DNA of 59,245 bases, filler included. It is 6 parts of 6 records of this genome, joined end to end, with 100 filler letters (N's around TTAATTAATTAA, not from the genome) between each part and the next. Parts side by side here need not be neighbours in the genome. Positions count along the whole stretch, not along the records: positions 1 to 5,813 come from DRR723986_734; positions 5,914 to 19,411 come from DRR723986_754; 4 more parts are not named here. One strand, 5' to 3'. The notes under the pieces are model-generated. The model had not been told where the DNA came from and made no database searches. It saw only the letters and a list, made by a program, of their open reading frames with translations. Of the stretch, positions 1 through 8,320 are shown one piece after another (position 1 is the first letter of the stretch; each line of letters opens with the position of its first letter). Made by a program: the position numbers and the translations under genes.

Positions 1-948
1 GTCGTTGATGCCAAAGGTCACGGTGATGGTGGGCGGGTCGATTGGCTGCGCCTCAAGCGGCGTGTCCACGGCCAAGGCGCAGATCGTATCGGCCACGGTG
101 GCCTTTGACATGCCCGCCAGGCTGACGATATCGCCCGCCTCGGCGGTTTCGATATCTTGCATCTGCAGGCCGCGGAACGCCTGAATTTTGGTGATACGGA
201 ACTGTTCGATCTTTTGGCCGTGGCGGGTAAGCGCCTGCACGGTCTGGCCCACTTTGGCCTGCCCCGATTCCACGCGGCCCGTCAAAATGCGGCCCACGAA
301 CGGATCGCTGCCCAAGGTGGTGGCCAGCATGCGGAAATCATCATCGCGATGCTTCATCTGGCGGGGCGCCGGCACGTGATTGACGACCAGGTTGAACAAG
401 GCATCCAGGTTTTTGCGCGGCCCGTCCATTTCGGCATCGGCCCAGCCTGCACGGCCCGAGGCGTAAAGATGGGGGAAATCAAGCTGGTCTTCATCGGCGT
501 CAAGATTGGCGAAAAGATCAAACACCTCGTCCAATGCGCGATCGGGTTCGGCATCGGGCTTGTCAACTTTGTTCAGCACCACAATCGGGCGCAGGCCCAG
601 GGCCAGGGCCTTGGATGTTACGAATTTTGTCTGCGGCATCGGGCCTTCGGCGGCGTCAACCAGCAACACCACGCCATCGACCATCGACAAGATCCGTTCG
701 ACCTCGCCCCCGAAATCGGCGTGGCCGGGGGTATCGACGATATTGATCCGCGTGCCTTTCCATTCCACCGAGGTGGCTTTGGCCAAAATGGTGATGCCCC
801 GCTCGCGTTCCAGATCGTTGCTGTCCATCGCCCGTTCGGCCACAGCCTGGTTTTCGCGGAACGCCCCCGATTGTTTCAGCAATTCGTCCACAAGGGTGGT
901 TTTCCCGTGGTCAACGTGGGCAATAATAGCGATGTTGCGCAGATCCAT
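1..948 (-). CDS. typA: Translational GTPase TypA/BipA (3' end outside window)
   Basis: Read by hand from CAT at 946-948: MDLRNIAIIAHVDHGKTTLVDELLKQSGAFRENQ..., with DTPGHADFGGEVER and NKVD GTPase motifs. Missing from the ORF track because it runs off the window. Confidence 0.97.
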   Translation of the reverse strand, partial: MDLRNIAIIAHVDHGKTTLVDELLKQSGAFRENQAVAERAMDSNDLERERGITILAKATSVEWKGTRINIVDTPGHADFGGEVERILSMVDGVVLLVDAAEGPMPQTKFVTSKALALGLRPIVVLNKVDKPDAEPDRALDEVFDLFANLDADEDQLDFPHLYASGRAGWADAEMDGPRKNLDALFNLVVNHVPAPRQMKHRDDDFRMLATTLGSDPFVGRILTGRVESGQAKVGQTVQALTRHGQKIEQFRITKIQAFRGLQMQDIETAEAGDIVSLAGMSKATVADTICALAVDTPLEAQPIDPPTITVTFGIND

Positions 949-1040
949 GTATCCGTCCTTAAGCGTGTTCGCCGTTCGCCTAACCGGAGTTTCATGAAAA
1001 GGCCAGCGCAAACGCCGCGCTGCGGCACTTACGCCACATG

Positions 1041-1062
1041 AAAACGGCCCCAACCGGGGCCG
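1041..1062 (-). terminator. Rho-independent terminator after ssb
   Basis: CGGCCCC-aacc-GGGGCCG stem followed by TTTT on the minus strand, about 30 nt after the ssb stop. Confidence 0.65.
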
Positions 1063-1091
1063 CCTGTGTGTTTTCTGTGGTTTTGGGCGCC

Positions 1092-1592
1092 TTAGAACGG
1101 GATTTCATCATCCAGATCGCGCGATGGGGCAGGGCCGCCCGATGGCCCGGGCCCGCTGTCGTAGCCGCCATCATAGCCACCGTCATAGCCGCCCCCCTGG
1201 CCGCCGCCGTAATTGCCGCCGCCGCCCTGGCCACCGCCTTCGCGGCCATCCAGCATGGTCAGCACGCCATCGTAGCCCTGCAATACAACTTCGGTTGTAT
1301 AGCGGTCTTGGCCAGATTGGTCTTGCCATTTGCGGGTTTGCAATTTGCCTTCCAGATACACTTTCGAGCCTTTGCGCAAATACTGCTCGGCGATGCGCAC
1401 CAGCCCCTCTTGGAAAATCGCAACCGAATGCCATTCGGTGCGTTCGCGCCGCTCGCCGGTGTTGCGGTCTTTCCATGTGTCAGAGGTGGCAATGCGCAGG
1501 TTGCACACTTTGCCGCCGTTCTGAAAGCTGCGCACCTCGGGGTCGCGCCCCAGGTTGCCCACCAAAATTACCTTGTTTACCGAACCGGCCAT
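1092..1592 (-). CDS. ssb: Single-stranded DNA-binding protein
   Basis: [21 protein letters not shown]-fold, Gly-rich linker and C-terminal DDEIPF. GGAGG RBS precedes the ATG at 1592. Confidence 0.98.
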   Translation of the reverse strand: MAGSVNKVILVGNLGRDPEVRSFQNGGKVCNLRIATSDTWKDRNTGERRERTEWHSVAIFQEGLVRIAEQYLRKGSKVYLEGKLQTRKWQDQSGQDRYTTEVVLQGYDGVLTMLDGREGGGQGGGGNYGGGQGGGYDGGYDGGYDSGPGPSGGPAPSRDLDDEIPF

Positions 1593-1686
1593 GCCATCCC
1601 TCCTGTCGAGTCGCGTTTCGCGCAGGTTACACCACTCTGACAGTATGAAGGAAAGGTTAAACTTTGCCCCGGGCGCCCGCGATTGG

Positions 1687-1706
1687 CCTATAACCCGGGG
1701 TATAGG
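1687..1706. promoter_or_regulatory. 20-bp near-perfect palindrome, candidate operator upstream of the PepSY gene
   Basis: CCTATAACCCGGGGTATAGG has one mismatched pair and lies about 110 nt upstream of the 1818 start. Confidence 0.5.
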
Positions 1707-1817
1707 GCGGCCAAATTTGCCCCAATACACCTGCGGGCCAATTCTGCCCCCCGGGTTTCGCCCCTAGATTGATCGACAGATGCAGCAACGCATCGCTTTT
1801 TTTCGAAAGGACGACCC

Positions 1818-2069
1818 ATGAAACTTGTCAAAGCGCTTCCGCTTATCCTGGCCTGTGCTGTTGCAGGCACTGCCGCCCTGGCCTCGTCGCGCGTCAGCGA
1901 GAGCACCCATAACGAGATCACCACCAAGATGGCCGCCCAAGGCTATGACGTGCGCAAGATTGAAATCGAAGATGGCGAGATCGAGGTCTATGCCCTGAAA
2001 GATGGCAAGCGGCTGGAAATTTACCTGAACCCAGACCTGAGCGTGAACCGCATCAAAACCAACGATTGA
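1818..2069 (+). CDS. Secreted PepSY-domain protein
   Basis: Signal peptide, then GYDVRKIEIEDGEIEVYALKDGKRLEIYLNP, typical of PepSY_2. Confidence 0.85.
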   Translation: MKLVKALPLILACAVAGTAALASSRVSESTHNEITTKMAAQGYDVRKIEIEDGEIEVYALKDGKRLEIYLNPDLSVNRIKTND

Positions 2070-2133
2070 TCGCAAGCGCCCTTTGGCCCGGCCCGTGACA
2101 GGGCCGGCGCCAATATGGCAGAAGAAAGGATAA

Positions 2134-2670
2134 ATGATGCGCAAGGTCAAAGTGTGGGATCCGATTGTGCGGCTGTTTCATTGGTCGGTGGTGTTTGCCT
2201 TTGTGGCCAATGCCTGGGCGATCGATGACGAAAGCAAATTGCACCAGCAAGTGGGCTGGGTGATCGTGGCACTTTTGGGGCTGCGCGTGGTTTGGGGGCT
2301 GGTGGGCAGCAAACACGCCCGCTTTAGCGATTTTCCGCCCAGCATTCCGGCGGCGATGGGCCAGCTGCAAGAAATCGCCACAGGCCGCCTGCACCGCCAT
2401 ATCGGCCATTCGCCGCTGGGGGCGTGGATGATTTATGCGCTTTTGTTGGGGCTTGCGGGGCTTTGTGCCACGGGTGTGATGATGACGACCGATATGTTTT
2501 GGGGTATCGGTTGGGTTGAAGAGATTCACGAGGCGCTCATGGTTGTTACGGCGTCTGCCGCCTGTGTTCATGTGGCCGCGGTTGTTATAGAAAGCCGGCG
2601 GACGGGCGTGAACCTGCCGCGCGCGATGATAACTGGAACCAAGGTGATACCCGATGACCATGCGCGATGA
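2134..2670 (+). CDS. Cytochrome b/b6 (b561-like, Ni_hydr_CYTB) membrane protein
   Basis: VWDPIVRLFHWS, GHSPLG and EEIHE...HVAAV...AMITG motifs; four TM helices with heme-ligand His residues. Confidence 0.9.
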   Translation: MMRKVKVWDPIVRLFHWSVVFAFVANAWAIDDESKLHQQVGWVIVALLGLRVVWGLVGSKHARFSDFPPSIPAAMGQLQEIATGRLHRHIGHSPLGAWMIYALLLGLAGLCATGVMMTTDMFWGIGWVEEIHEALMVVTASAACVHVAAVVIESRRTGVNLPRAMITGTKVIPDDHAR

Positions 2671-3190
2671 TGTCGAAAACCGTTTTCCCGGCGGGGCCGA
2701 GGGGCTGGGCCTTGCTGGGCTGATGGTTTTGCAAGGCGGATGCGCTGCGTTTTTTCTAGGCGATGTCGTGTCAGATTTCTCTGATATCGGTCATCAGGTT
2801 TTGTTTGAATGGCATTTGGTGTTGGAATTACTGGCCAGTATCACGCTGGTGCTGGCCATCGCATTAGAGGGGCGCATGTTGATGCGCCTCATCCGCCGCC
2901 AGGCGCATTTTCGGCGTGGTCTGTCTGTGGCGTCAGGCGCCTTGCATGATCTGATCGAGGCCTATTTCGATTCCTGGGCGCTGACCGCGGCCGAACGTGA
3001 CGTTGCCACCTTTGCCATCAAGGGGCTGTCAAATGCCGAAATAGCCCAAATGCGCGGCTCGGCCGAGGGCACGGTAAAGGCCCATCTAAACGCGATTTAC
3101 CGCAAGGCAGGTGTGCAGGGGCGGGGCGCGCTGTTGTCGATGCTGGTCGAAGATTTGATGCAAGAGCCTTTGATCACCCCCCAGGCCTGA
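2654..3190 (+). CDS. Membrane-anchored LuxR/NarL-type HTH transcriptional regulator
   Basis: Two N-terminal hydrophobic helices; C-terminal LTAAERDVA...GLSNAEIA...EGTVKAHLNAIYRKAGV HTH; no receiver domain. Confidence 0.88.
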   Translation: MTMRDDVENRFPGGAEGLGLAGLMVLQGGCAAFFLGDVVSDFSDIGHQVLFEWHLVLELLASITLVLAIALEGRMLMRLIRRQAHFRRGLSVASGALHDLIEAYFDSWALTAAERDVATFAIKGLSNAEIAQMRGSAEGTVKAHLNAIYRKAGVQGRGALLSMLVEDLMQEPLITPQA

Positions 3191-3291
3191 TGGCCTGCGA
3201 CCAAAGGCAGGGGTGTTTTTCGGCGCCAAAGCCCCTATATTGCCCCTGTAGCAATTGGCGATCTGGCCCATACTGGGCATCTGGGGGGGGC

Positions 3292-3881
3292 ATGCTGCGC
3301 GTAATGGCGATTTTTGGCGCGGTTGTGCTGGTGCTTTCGGGCGCGGCCCGGGCTGATGTTTTGCCATCCAAACAGCGCAAATCTGTGTTCAATTCCCAAA
3401 CCAAAGTGCTAGACCGCCGCGCTGCTGGCGAAAACAAAGCCAGCCTATTGGGCACAGGCCCCCGCGTGGTGGCGCCCACGAAATGGGATGATCTGGTGAT
3501 GCTGCCGCGGGGCAGTTTCAATAGCCCCTATGTGGGCCTGGCGCGGGCCGCTGCGCGCCGCCATAACGTGCCAGAAGAGCTGTTTTTGCGCCTTGTTCAC
3601 CAAGAAAGCCGCTTTAACCCCAAAGCCGTGTCGCACAAAGGTGCCATTGGCCTGGCCCAGCTGATGCCCGATACCGCCCGCCTGCTGGGGGTGGATCCGC
3701 ATGACCCGTTTGATAACCTAGAAGGTGGTGCGCGCTATCTGGCGATGCAATATCGCCAGTTCAAAAGCTGGCGCCTGGCGCTGGCGCCTATAATGCCGGG
3801 CCCGAGGCTGTGCGCCGCTATGGGGGCGTGCCCCCGTTTGATGAAACCCGCACCTATATCAAGCGTATCTTGGGATCATAA
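3292..3881 (+). pseudogene. Lytic transglycosylase (SLT family), frameshifted near 3787
   Basis: QESRFNP and GAIGLAQLMP motifs are in frame. The conserved AYNAGP...[19 protein letters not shown] continues in a shifted frame to TAA at 3879-3881. Confidence 0.85.
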
Positions 3882-3898
3882 CGCGCACATGCGCAGGC

Positions 3899-4369
3899 CT
3901 ATTTGGGCAAGGCTTGCGGGGTGAAATCGCAGCGGTTTGGTTTGATATCCAGCAGCGGCGTGCCATTCAGGCAATCCAGCCCGCGCACCCGCACGACAGG
4001 CCCCTCGATGCCGATCAAACGCACCATAGAGGTGCCAATGGGGTTTGGCCGCACGGGCGAGCGCAGTGCGAATGTGCCCACCGTTTCGCCATTGCGCTTG
4101 GGGCTTTGGGTCAGCAGGTCGCGGCGGCTGCGATCTAGCCAATAAAGCACCTCGATCACCGGGTAGGCGGCCAGCCCGGCCAGCGCAGGGGCCCAGGCCG
4201 GGTGCAGCACTAGCCGGCATTCAGGCCCATCGTGGCGCCCCTGGCGGGGGCAATCGGCGCGGTCGTTCCATGGGGTTTCGATATGGCCGATGAAACGCAG
4301 GCTGGCGTCATTTGGCGCCTCTAGGGGCAATATCTGTTCGTTGGGGCGCAGATTCGTGCTGTGGCTCAT
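3899..4369 (-). CDS. trmO: tRNA m6t6A37 methyltransferase TrmO/TsaA family
   Basis: CPRQG, GTFALRSPVRPNPIG and GLDCLNGTPLLDIKP motifs. Confidence 0.88.
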   Translation of the reverse strand: MSHSTNLRPNEQILPLEAPNDASLRFIGHIETPWNDRADCPRQGRHDGPECRLVLHPAWAPALAGLAAYPVIEVLYWLDRSRRDLLTQSPKRNGETVGTFALRSPVRPNPIGTSMVRLIGIEGPVVRVRGLDCLNGTPLLDIKPNRCDFTPQALPK

Positions 4370-4425
4370 CTGGGCGGGCCTTTGTATTGGGGGGCCTGCC
4401 CAGCCTATCTGGGCCCGCGCCAAAG

Positions 4426-4451
4426 AAAAAGGGGGCGCGTTGCCCCCTTTT
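4426..4451. terminator. Terminator hairpin after the ABC ATPase gene
   Basis: AAAAA-GGGGGC-gcgtt-GCCCCC-TTTT. Confidence 0.7.
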
Positions 4452-4495
4452 GCCTGCGCATTTAGCGGCGTTTCCCTGCCGCTGGCCTATGGGCC

Positions 4496-5813
4496 TTATT
4501 CCGCGGCAAGCTTGATCACCGGCTCCATGCCGCCCAGCACCTCGTCTGAGAGGTGGCATTTGATCTGATGGCCACCGGCCAAGGTGCGAATGGGGGGCAC
4601 CTCGCGTTCGCACAGGCCACCTGGCACCTGCGATTTCCAGCGACAGCGGGTTTGGAACGGGCAGCCCGACGGCGGGTTCATCGCCGAAGGAATATCGCCT
4701 TCCAGCACGATATGCTGCTTTTGCACCTTGGTATCGGCAATCGGCACGGCCGACAAAAGCGCCTCGGTATAGGGGTGATAGGGGGGGGCAAAAACCTGAT
4801 CTGTGGTGCCAAGTTCCACCACATGGCCCAGATACATCACCATCACCCTGTCAGACAGGTAGCGCACGATGCTTAGGTCGTGGCTGATAAACAGCAGCGT
4901 TGTTTTGTTCTTGCGCTGAATATCCATCAACAGGTCGGTCACGGCCGCCTGAACCGATACATCGAGCGCCGAAACCGGCTCGTCTGCCACAACGATACGC
5001 GCGCCACCGGCAAAGGCGCGGGCAATGCCCACGCGCTGTTTTTGGCCACCAGACAGCTGGCGCGGCATGCGATCGGCAAAGGCGCGGGGCAGTTTCACCA
5101 GATCGAGCAATTCCAGCATGCGTTCGCGGCGCTCGGCATCGGAGGTGCCGATGTTGAACACCTCAAGCGCGCGCATGATCTGGCGCCCGACCGTCATGCT
5201 GGGGTTCAGCGTGTCGAACGGGTTTTGGAAAACCATCTGCACATCGGCAATGGTTTTGGTGTCGCGCTTTTCGATCGAGGTGGATTGGATTTCGTGGTTA
5301 TCCAACACAATGGCGCCTTCGGTGGCGGTTTCCAGCCCCATCAGCACCTTGGCAAAGGTGGATTTCCCGCAGCCAGATTCACCCACGATGGCCAGTGTTT
5401 CGCTTTCATGCGCCTCGAATGTCAGCTCTTCGTTGGCTTTCACAACCTTGCGATCGCCCCCCCCAAACAGGGCATTGGCCGCCACTTCGTAGTATTTCTT
5501 TAGCTTGTCCATTTTCAGCACCACCCGGCCCGGGGGCGTTTTTTCGGTGCTTTGGGTGGCCAGCAATGGCGCGTTCCAATCAATGTTATCGATGCGCAAA
5601 CAGCGCGATTTGTGGCGGTCGTCGCCTGCGATATCGACCATCGAAATACGCTCTTGGGCGTCGCACAGCCCTTTCAGGAAATAGTCGCAGCGCGGGCCAA
5701 AGTTGCAGCCCGGCGGGCGTTCGTGCGGCAGCGGGAAGTTGCCCGGAATGGCCTTAAGCGGGCGGGCGTTTTTATCGGCACCCGGCAGCGGGATCGAGCG
5801 GAACAGCGCCTGC
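4496..5813 (-). CDS. Dipeptide/oligopeptide ABC transporter ATP-binding protein, fused double ATPase (5' part missing)
   Basis: GESGCGKST, LSGGQKQR, DEPVSALD and HPYT...GCPFQTRC. The frame stays open to the contig edge and includes a first oligo_HPY Cys motif (PPGCNFGPRC). Confidence 0.93.
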
Positions 5814-5913
5814 NNNNNNNNNNNNNNNNNNNNNNNNNNNNNNNNNNNNNNNNNNNNTTAATTAATTAANNNNNNNNNNNNNNNNNNNNNNNNNNNNNNN
5901 NNNNNNNNNNNNN
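5814..5913. other. Artificial contig linker (N44-TTAATTAATTAA-N44)
   Basis: Six-frame stop spacer; the same 100-nt block occurs five times in the window. Confidence 0.99.
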
Positions 5914-6139
5914 CAATGCGCCCACGGCGCTGTTTCACCTGCTCAACATGTTGGAAGACCCCGCCTGCCCGCGCCCTGCGGCCATTATCGGCTGCCCCGT
6001 GGGCTTCGTTGGCGCACGGGAATCGAAAGATGCCCTGATGGAGGATCTGCCGGTCCCGTCGATGATCGTGCAGGGCCGCCTTGGCGGATCCGCCATTACC
6101 GTGGCCGCGGTCAACGCGCTCGCCAGTTTCAAGGAGTAA
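5914..6139 (+). CDS. cobH: Precorrin-8X methylmutase (3' part)
   Basis: NAPTALFHLL...IIGCPVGFVGARESK...GRLGGSAITVAAVNAL. Confidence 0.95.
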
Positions 6140-6144
6140 ACGAC

Positions 6145-6861
6145 ATGGGCAAGGTCATCTGCACCGGGCTCGGCCCCGGCGACCCCGATCTGATGAGCGT
6201 CCGCTCCGACCGGCTGATCCGGGGGGCGCGCCATCTGGCCTATTTCCGCAAGGAAGGTCGCAAGGGACAGGCGCGCCAGATCGTCGAGGGAATGCTGCGC
6301 GACGACGTCACCGAACACGCGATGGAATACCCCGTCACGACCGAGATATCGTTCAAAGACCCGGAATATAAACGCATCCTGTCTGAATTCTACGACGCCT
6401 GGACCGACCGGCTGGAGGCACTTGCCGCAACCGATGATGTGATCGTTCTGTGCGAGGGCGATCCGTTCTTCTACGGCTCGTTCATGCACCTGCATTCGCG
6501 CCTGAAAGGCCGGGTCGAGGTGGAAATCGTCCCCGGCATTACCGGCATGTCCGGCTGCTGGACCGCGACCGACATGCCGATCACCTGGGGCGACGACGTG
6601 CTGACCGTGGCGATGGCGACCTTGCCGGAAGAGGAACTGGCGCGCCGCCTGAAGGACACCGATGCCGCCGTGGTGATGAAGATCGGGCGCAACCTGCCGA
6701 AACTGAAACGCGCACTGGAAGCCGCCGGGCGGCTTGACGATGCGTGGCTGGTGGAACGCGGGACGATGCCGAAACAGACGGTGCAGAAACTGACCGATTT
6801 CGCGGGCGACACGCCCTATTTCGCGATCTGCCTGCTGCACGGACAGGGCCGCCGGCCATGA
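6145..6861 (+). CDS. cobI: Precorrin-2 C20-methyltransferase
   Basis: GLGPGDPDLMS and CEGDPFFYGSFMH; position cobH-cobI-cobJ. Confidence 0.95.
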   Translation: MGKVICTGLGPGDPDLMSVRSDRLIRGARHLAYFRKEGRKGQARQIVEGMLRDDVTEHAMEYPVTTEISFKDPEYKRILSEFYDAWTDRLEALAATDDVIVLCEGDPFFYGSFMHLHSRLKGRVEVEIVPGITGMSGCWTATDMPITWGDDVLTVAMATLPEEELARRLKDTDAAVVMKIGRNLPKLKRALEAAGRLDDAWLVERGTMPKQTVQKLTDFAGDTPYFAICLLHGQGRRP

Positions 6862-7595
6862 GCGGGTGGGTCGTCGTCGCGGGTCTGGGGCCGGGGCGCG
6901 AGTCGCTCATTGTCCCGGAAGTGGCCGATGTGCTGGCCGAAGCGACCGACGTTGTCGGCTACATCCCCTATGTGCGCCGGGTGACCCCGCGCGAGGGGCT
7001 GACGCTGCATGAAAGCGATAACCGGGTGGAGCTCGACCGCGCCACCCACGCGCTGGAAATGGCCGCCGAGGGCAAACGCGTCGTCGTTGTGTCGTCTGGA
7101 GATCCGGGTGTGTTTGCCATGGCAAGCGCCGTCTTCGAGGCGTTGGAGGCCGGTCCCGAAGAATGGCTCACCCTCGACATCCGCGTGCTGCCGGGGATTA
7201 CCGCGATGCTCGCCGCTGCCGCCCGGATCGGCGCGCCGCTAGGGCATGACTTCGCGGCGATCAACCTTAGCGACAACCTCAAGCTATGGGAGCTGATCGA
7301 GAAGCGCCTGCGGCTGGCGGGAGAGGCCGGCTTTGCCATGGCCTTCTACAACCCGCGTTCCAAATCCCGCCCCCACCAGTTTGCCCGCGCGCTGGAAATC
7401 CTGCGCGAGGCCTGTGGCGAGGACACGCTGATTTCCTTCGCCCGTGCCGTCAGCACACCAGAGGAAGAGATCCGCACCGTGACGCTGGCGGAGGCCACGC
7501 CAGAGATGGCCGATATGCGCACCATGGTGATCGTCGGCAATCGCGACACGCGCCGGGTTGGGCCGTATGTCTACACCCCGAGGTCGGCGCTTTGA
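6858..7595 (+). CDS. cobJ: Precorrin-3B C17-methyltransferase
   Basis: SSGDPGVFAMA, GAPLGHDF..INLSDNLK and YNPRSKSRP; ATGA overlap with cobI. Confidence 0.95.
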   Translation: MSGWVVVAGLGPGRESLIVPEVADVLAEATDVVGYIPYVRRVTPREGLTLHESDNRVELDRATHALEMAAEGKRVVVVSSGDPGVFAMASAVFEALEAGPEEWLTLDIRVLPGITAMLAAAARIGAPLGHDFAAINLSDNLKLWELIEKRLRLAGEAGFAMAFYNPRSKSRPHQFARALEILREACGEDTLISFARAVSTPEEEIRTVTLAEATPEMADMRTMVIVGNRDTRRVGPYVYTPRSAL

Positions 7596-8320
7596 TCCAG
7601 CCACGCCATAACCGCCTCTGGCCGGTCCAGCACCCGGCGCGGCGGCACATGGGGCCGGTCAATCAGGATCACCGGCAGGCCAACCGCACGGGCGGCATCA
7701 AGTTTGGCCCGCACGCCGCTGCCACCACTGTTCTTGGCGACGATATGGGTGATGGCGTGGCGTTCCAGAAGCTGCCGGTCGCTGGCCAGATCGAAGGGGC
7801 CACGCGCGATGACGGCATCTGCATTCGGCAGGGGCAAGAGGCCGGTTGGCGGATCGACGAGGCGCAGAAGGTAGAAATTCGCGGGCTTCCCGGCGAAATC
7901 CGACACATGCTGCTTGCCGATCGCAAGGAACACCCGCGCCCCGTCGGACGGAAGCGCCGCAACCGCGCCGCCCATATCCGGCACATATGTCCAGCGGTCG
8001 CCCTCGCCCTGCGGCCAGCCGGGCCGTTCCAGCCCGACAAGCGGCATCCCAGCCTCCGCGCAGGCATGAACGGCGTTCGTGCTCATCTGGGCCGCAAAGG
8101 GATGCGTTGCGTCGACCACATGGGTGATCGCCTCGGCCCGCAGATAGTCCACCAGACCCGCCACACCGCCAAAACCGCCGACCCGCGTCGGCAAGGGCTG
8201 TGCCTTCGGCTTGTCGGTTCTGCCCGCGTAGGAGAAGATGGCGTCAACGCCTGCCTCGGCCAAAAGGCGGGCGAGCAAGGTGGCTTCTGTCGTGCCGCCA
8301 AGCAAAAGGACGCGTGTCAT
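7571..8320 (-). CDS. cobK: Precorrin-6A reductase
   Basis: MTRVLLLGGTTEA, GGFGG, DATHPFA, RGPF and KNSGG motifs. Confidence 0.95.
   Translation of the reverse strand: MTRVLLLGGTTEATLLARLLAEAGVDAIFSYAGRTDKPKAQPLPTRVGGFGGVAGLVDYLRAEAITHVVDATHPFAAQMSTNAVHACAEAGMPLVGLERPGWPQGEGDRWTYVPDMGGAVAALPSDGARVFLAIGKQHVSDFAGKPANFYLLRLVDPPTGLLPLPNADAVIARGPFDLASDRQLLERHAITHIVAKNSGGSGVRAKLDAARAVGLPVILIDRPHVPPRRVLDRPEAVMAWLDQSADLGV

Noticed and set aside
1150..1225. Short tandem repeats (GGYD, GGGQ) in ssb
   Set aside because: This is the ordinary Gly-rich SSB linker.
1593..1690. Alphaproteobacterial LexA box (GTTC-N7-GTTC) upstream of ssb
   Set aside because: No convincing match found on either strand.
5858..5869. 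TTAATTAATTAA repeated five times in the window
   Set aside because: It is an artificial six-frame stop linker within N runs, not a biological repeat. ORFs running through it are artefacts.
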